The position numbers were made by a program, and so were the translations under genes. The notes beneath the pieces are model-generated. The model had not been told where the DNA came from. It made no database searches and saw nothing but the letters and a program-made list of their open reading frames with translations. A stretch of DNA of 64,000 nucleotides from an uncultured Gammaproteobacteria bacterium (GTDB lineage: Bacteria > Patescibacteriota > Microgenomatia > UBA12405 > CAZGPK01). Below are positions 63,636-64,000 of this stretch, piece after piece. Location of the stretch: contig CAZGPK010000003.1 in NCBI GenBank assembly GCA_964527115.1, forward strand, positions 13,189 through 77,188, written 5' to 3'. How positions within the stretch are numbered: the stretch's first letter is position 1; every line of letters starts with the position of its first letter.

Positions 63636-63899
63636 GTGGCGGAGATGCTCGGGAATGATCCGAGGTCCGAACTTAAAACGAAAACAAACGTCGACAAGCT
63701 TGGTTAGTTTAGCTTAATCCCCTACTTTTAAACTAACAAAAGAAGAAGGGAGGTTGGCTTTTTGTCCCAAAGGACTCTTTTCCCCTGCCCAAACCAAGAA
63801 AGCAGAAGAGCAGTTCAGATAAAGTTGACACCCGTGGCGGTTTCCCTGAACGGAAGCCGAACGGATGGTGTTTAAGCTAAAGCGAAAACCGGACTTGGG

Positions 63900-63918
63900 T
63901 TGACAGAAAAACTGTCAA
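63900..63918. promoter_or_regulatory. Perfect 7-bp inverted repeat (operator-like)
   Basis: TTGACAG-aaaaa-CTGTCAA. Further TTGACA/TGTCAA hexamers occur at 63825, 63946 and 63960. Confidence 0.4.
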
Positions 63919-63959
63919 CATCAAGGGCTACGTTCGCAAAAACACTGTCAAATTTTTGT

Positions 63960-63988
63960 TTGACATTATTTTTCAACTGCGATATATT
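63960..63988 (+). promoter_or_regulatory. Near-consensus sigma70-type promoter firing toward the window end
   Basis: TTGACA (63960-63965), a 17-nt spacer, then TATATT (63983-63988). Same architecture as the promoter at 49197. Confidence 0.5.
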
Positions 63989-64000
63989 TTATCCGCTGGA

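Noticed and set aside
63700-63960. The ORF-free region upstream of comFC, considered as a structured ncRNA (SRP RNA, 6S, RNase P or a riboswitch). It includes the hairpin gttagttta...taaactaac at about 63704-63740.
   Set aside because: I could not match any conserved core motif of these RNA families by eye. A covariance-model scan is needed.
1-64000. Alternative genetic code (UGA recoding, as in some candidate phyla) or programmed recoding.
   Set aside because: All conserved genes (metG, gatCAB, uvrD, groEL, recF and others) are full length under code 11. TGA is used as a genuine stop, for example at 5942-5944.

Overview
This 64-kb chromosomal segment looks like a small-genome Patescibacteria/CPR-type bacterium. 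That is an inference from gene content. Standard code 11 gives intact ORFs. The backbone holds a manC-like fragment, metG, rpsT, murJ, PilN/PilO-like genes, gatCAB plus a FemAB-family gene, uvrD/pcrA, recF, mutM, trxB and groES-groEL with a CIRCE-like operator. It also holds a VirD4/TraD-like ATPase, a tyrosine recombinase, three tRNAs (two CAU, one Ile-UAU) and comFC. Much of the window is envelope-glycosylation and polyprenyl-lipid machinery: six GT-C-type polytopic proteins, two GT4, one GT2, a WecA/MraY-family transferase, a PAP2 phosphatase and a flippase-like protein. The same theme includes a UPPS with an odd C-terminal extension, a trans-polyprenyl synthase, and a translationally coupled GT-C/GT-C/UbiA(DPPR-synthase-like)/FAD-oxidoreductase operon. 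The most unusual region is a low-GC island at about 20.16-31.85 kb, punctuated by five same-orientation copies of a ~30-nt tRNA-T-arm-like motif. It carries a compact cluster that matches no pathway I can name: a Cys-rich small ORF, a stand-alone AlaRS catalytic-core paralogue, an S51 (peptidase E-like) peptidase, an amidohydrolase, an archaeal-type SAM-synthetase-like protein and an alpha/beta serine hydrolase. Two ParB/Srx-fold proteins follow it. All functional calls come from by-eye motif recognition on the supplied translations and sequence. No database search or computation was run.
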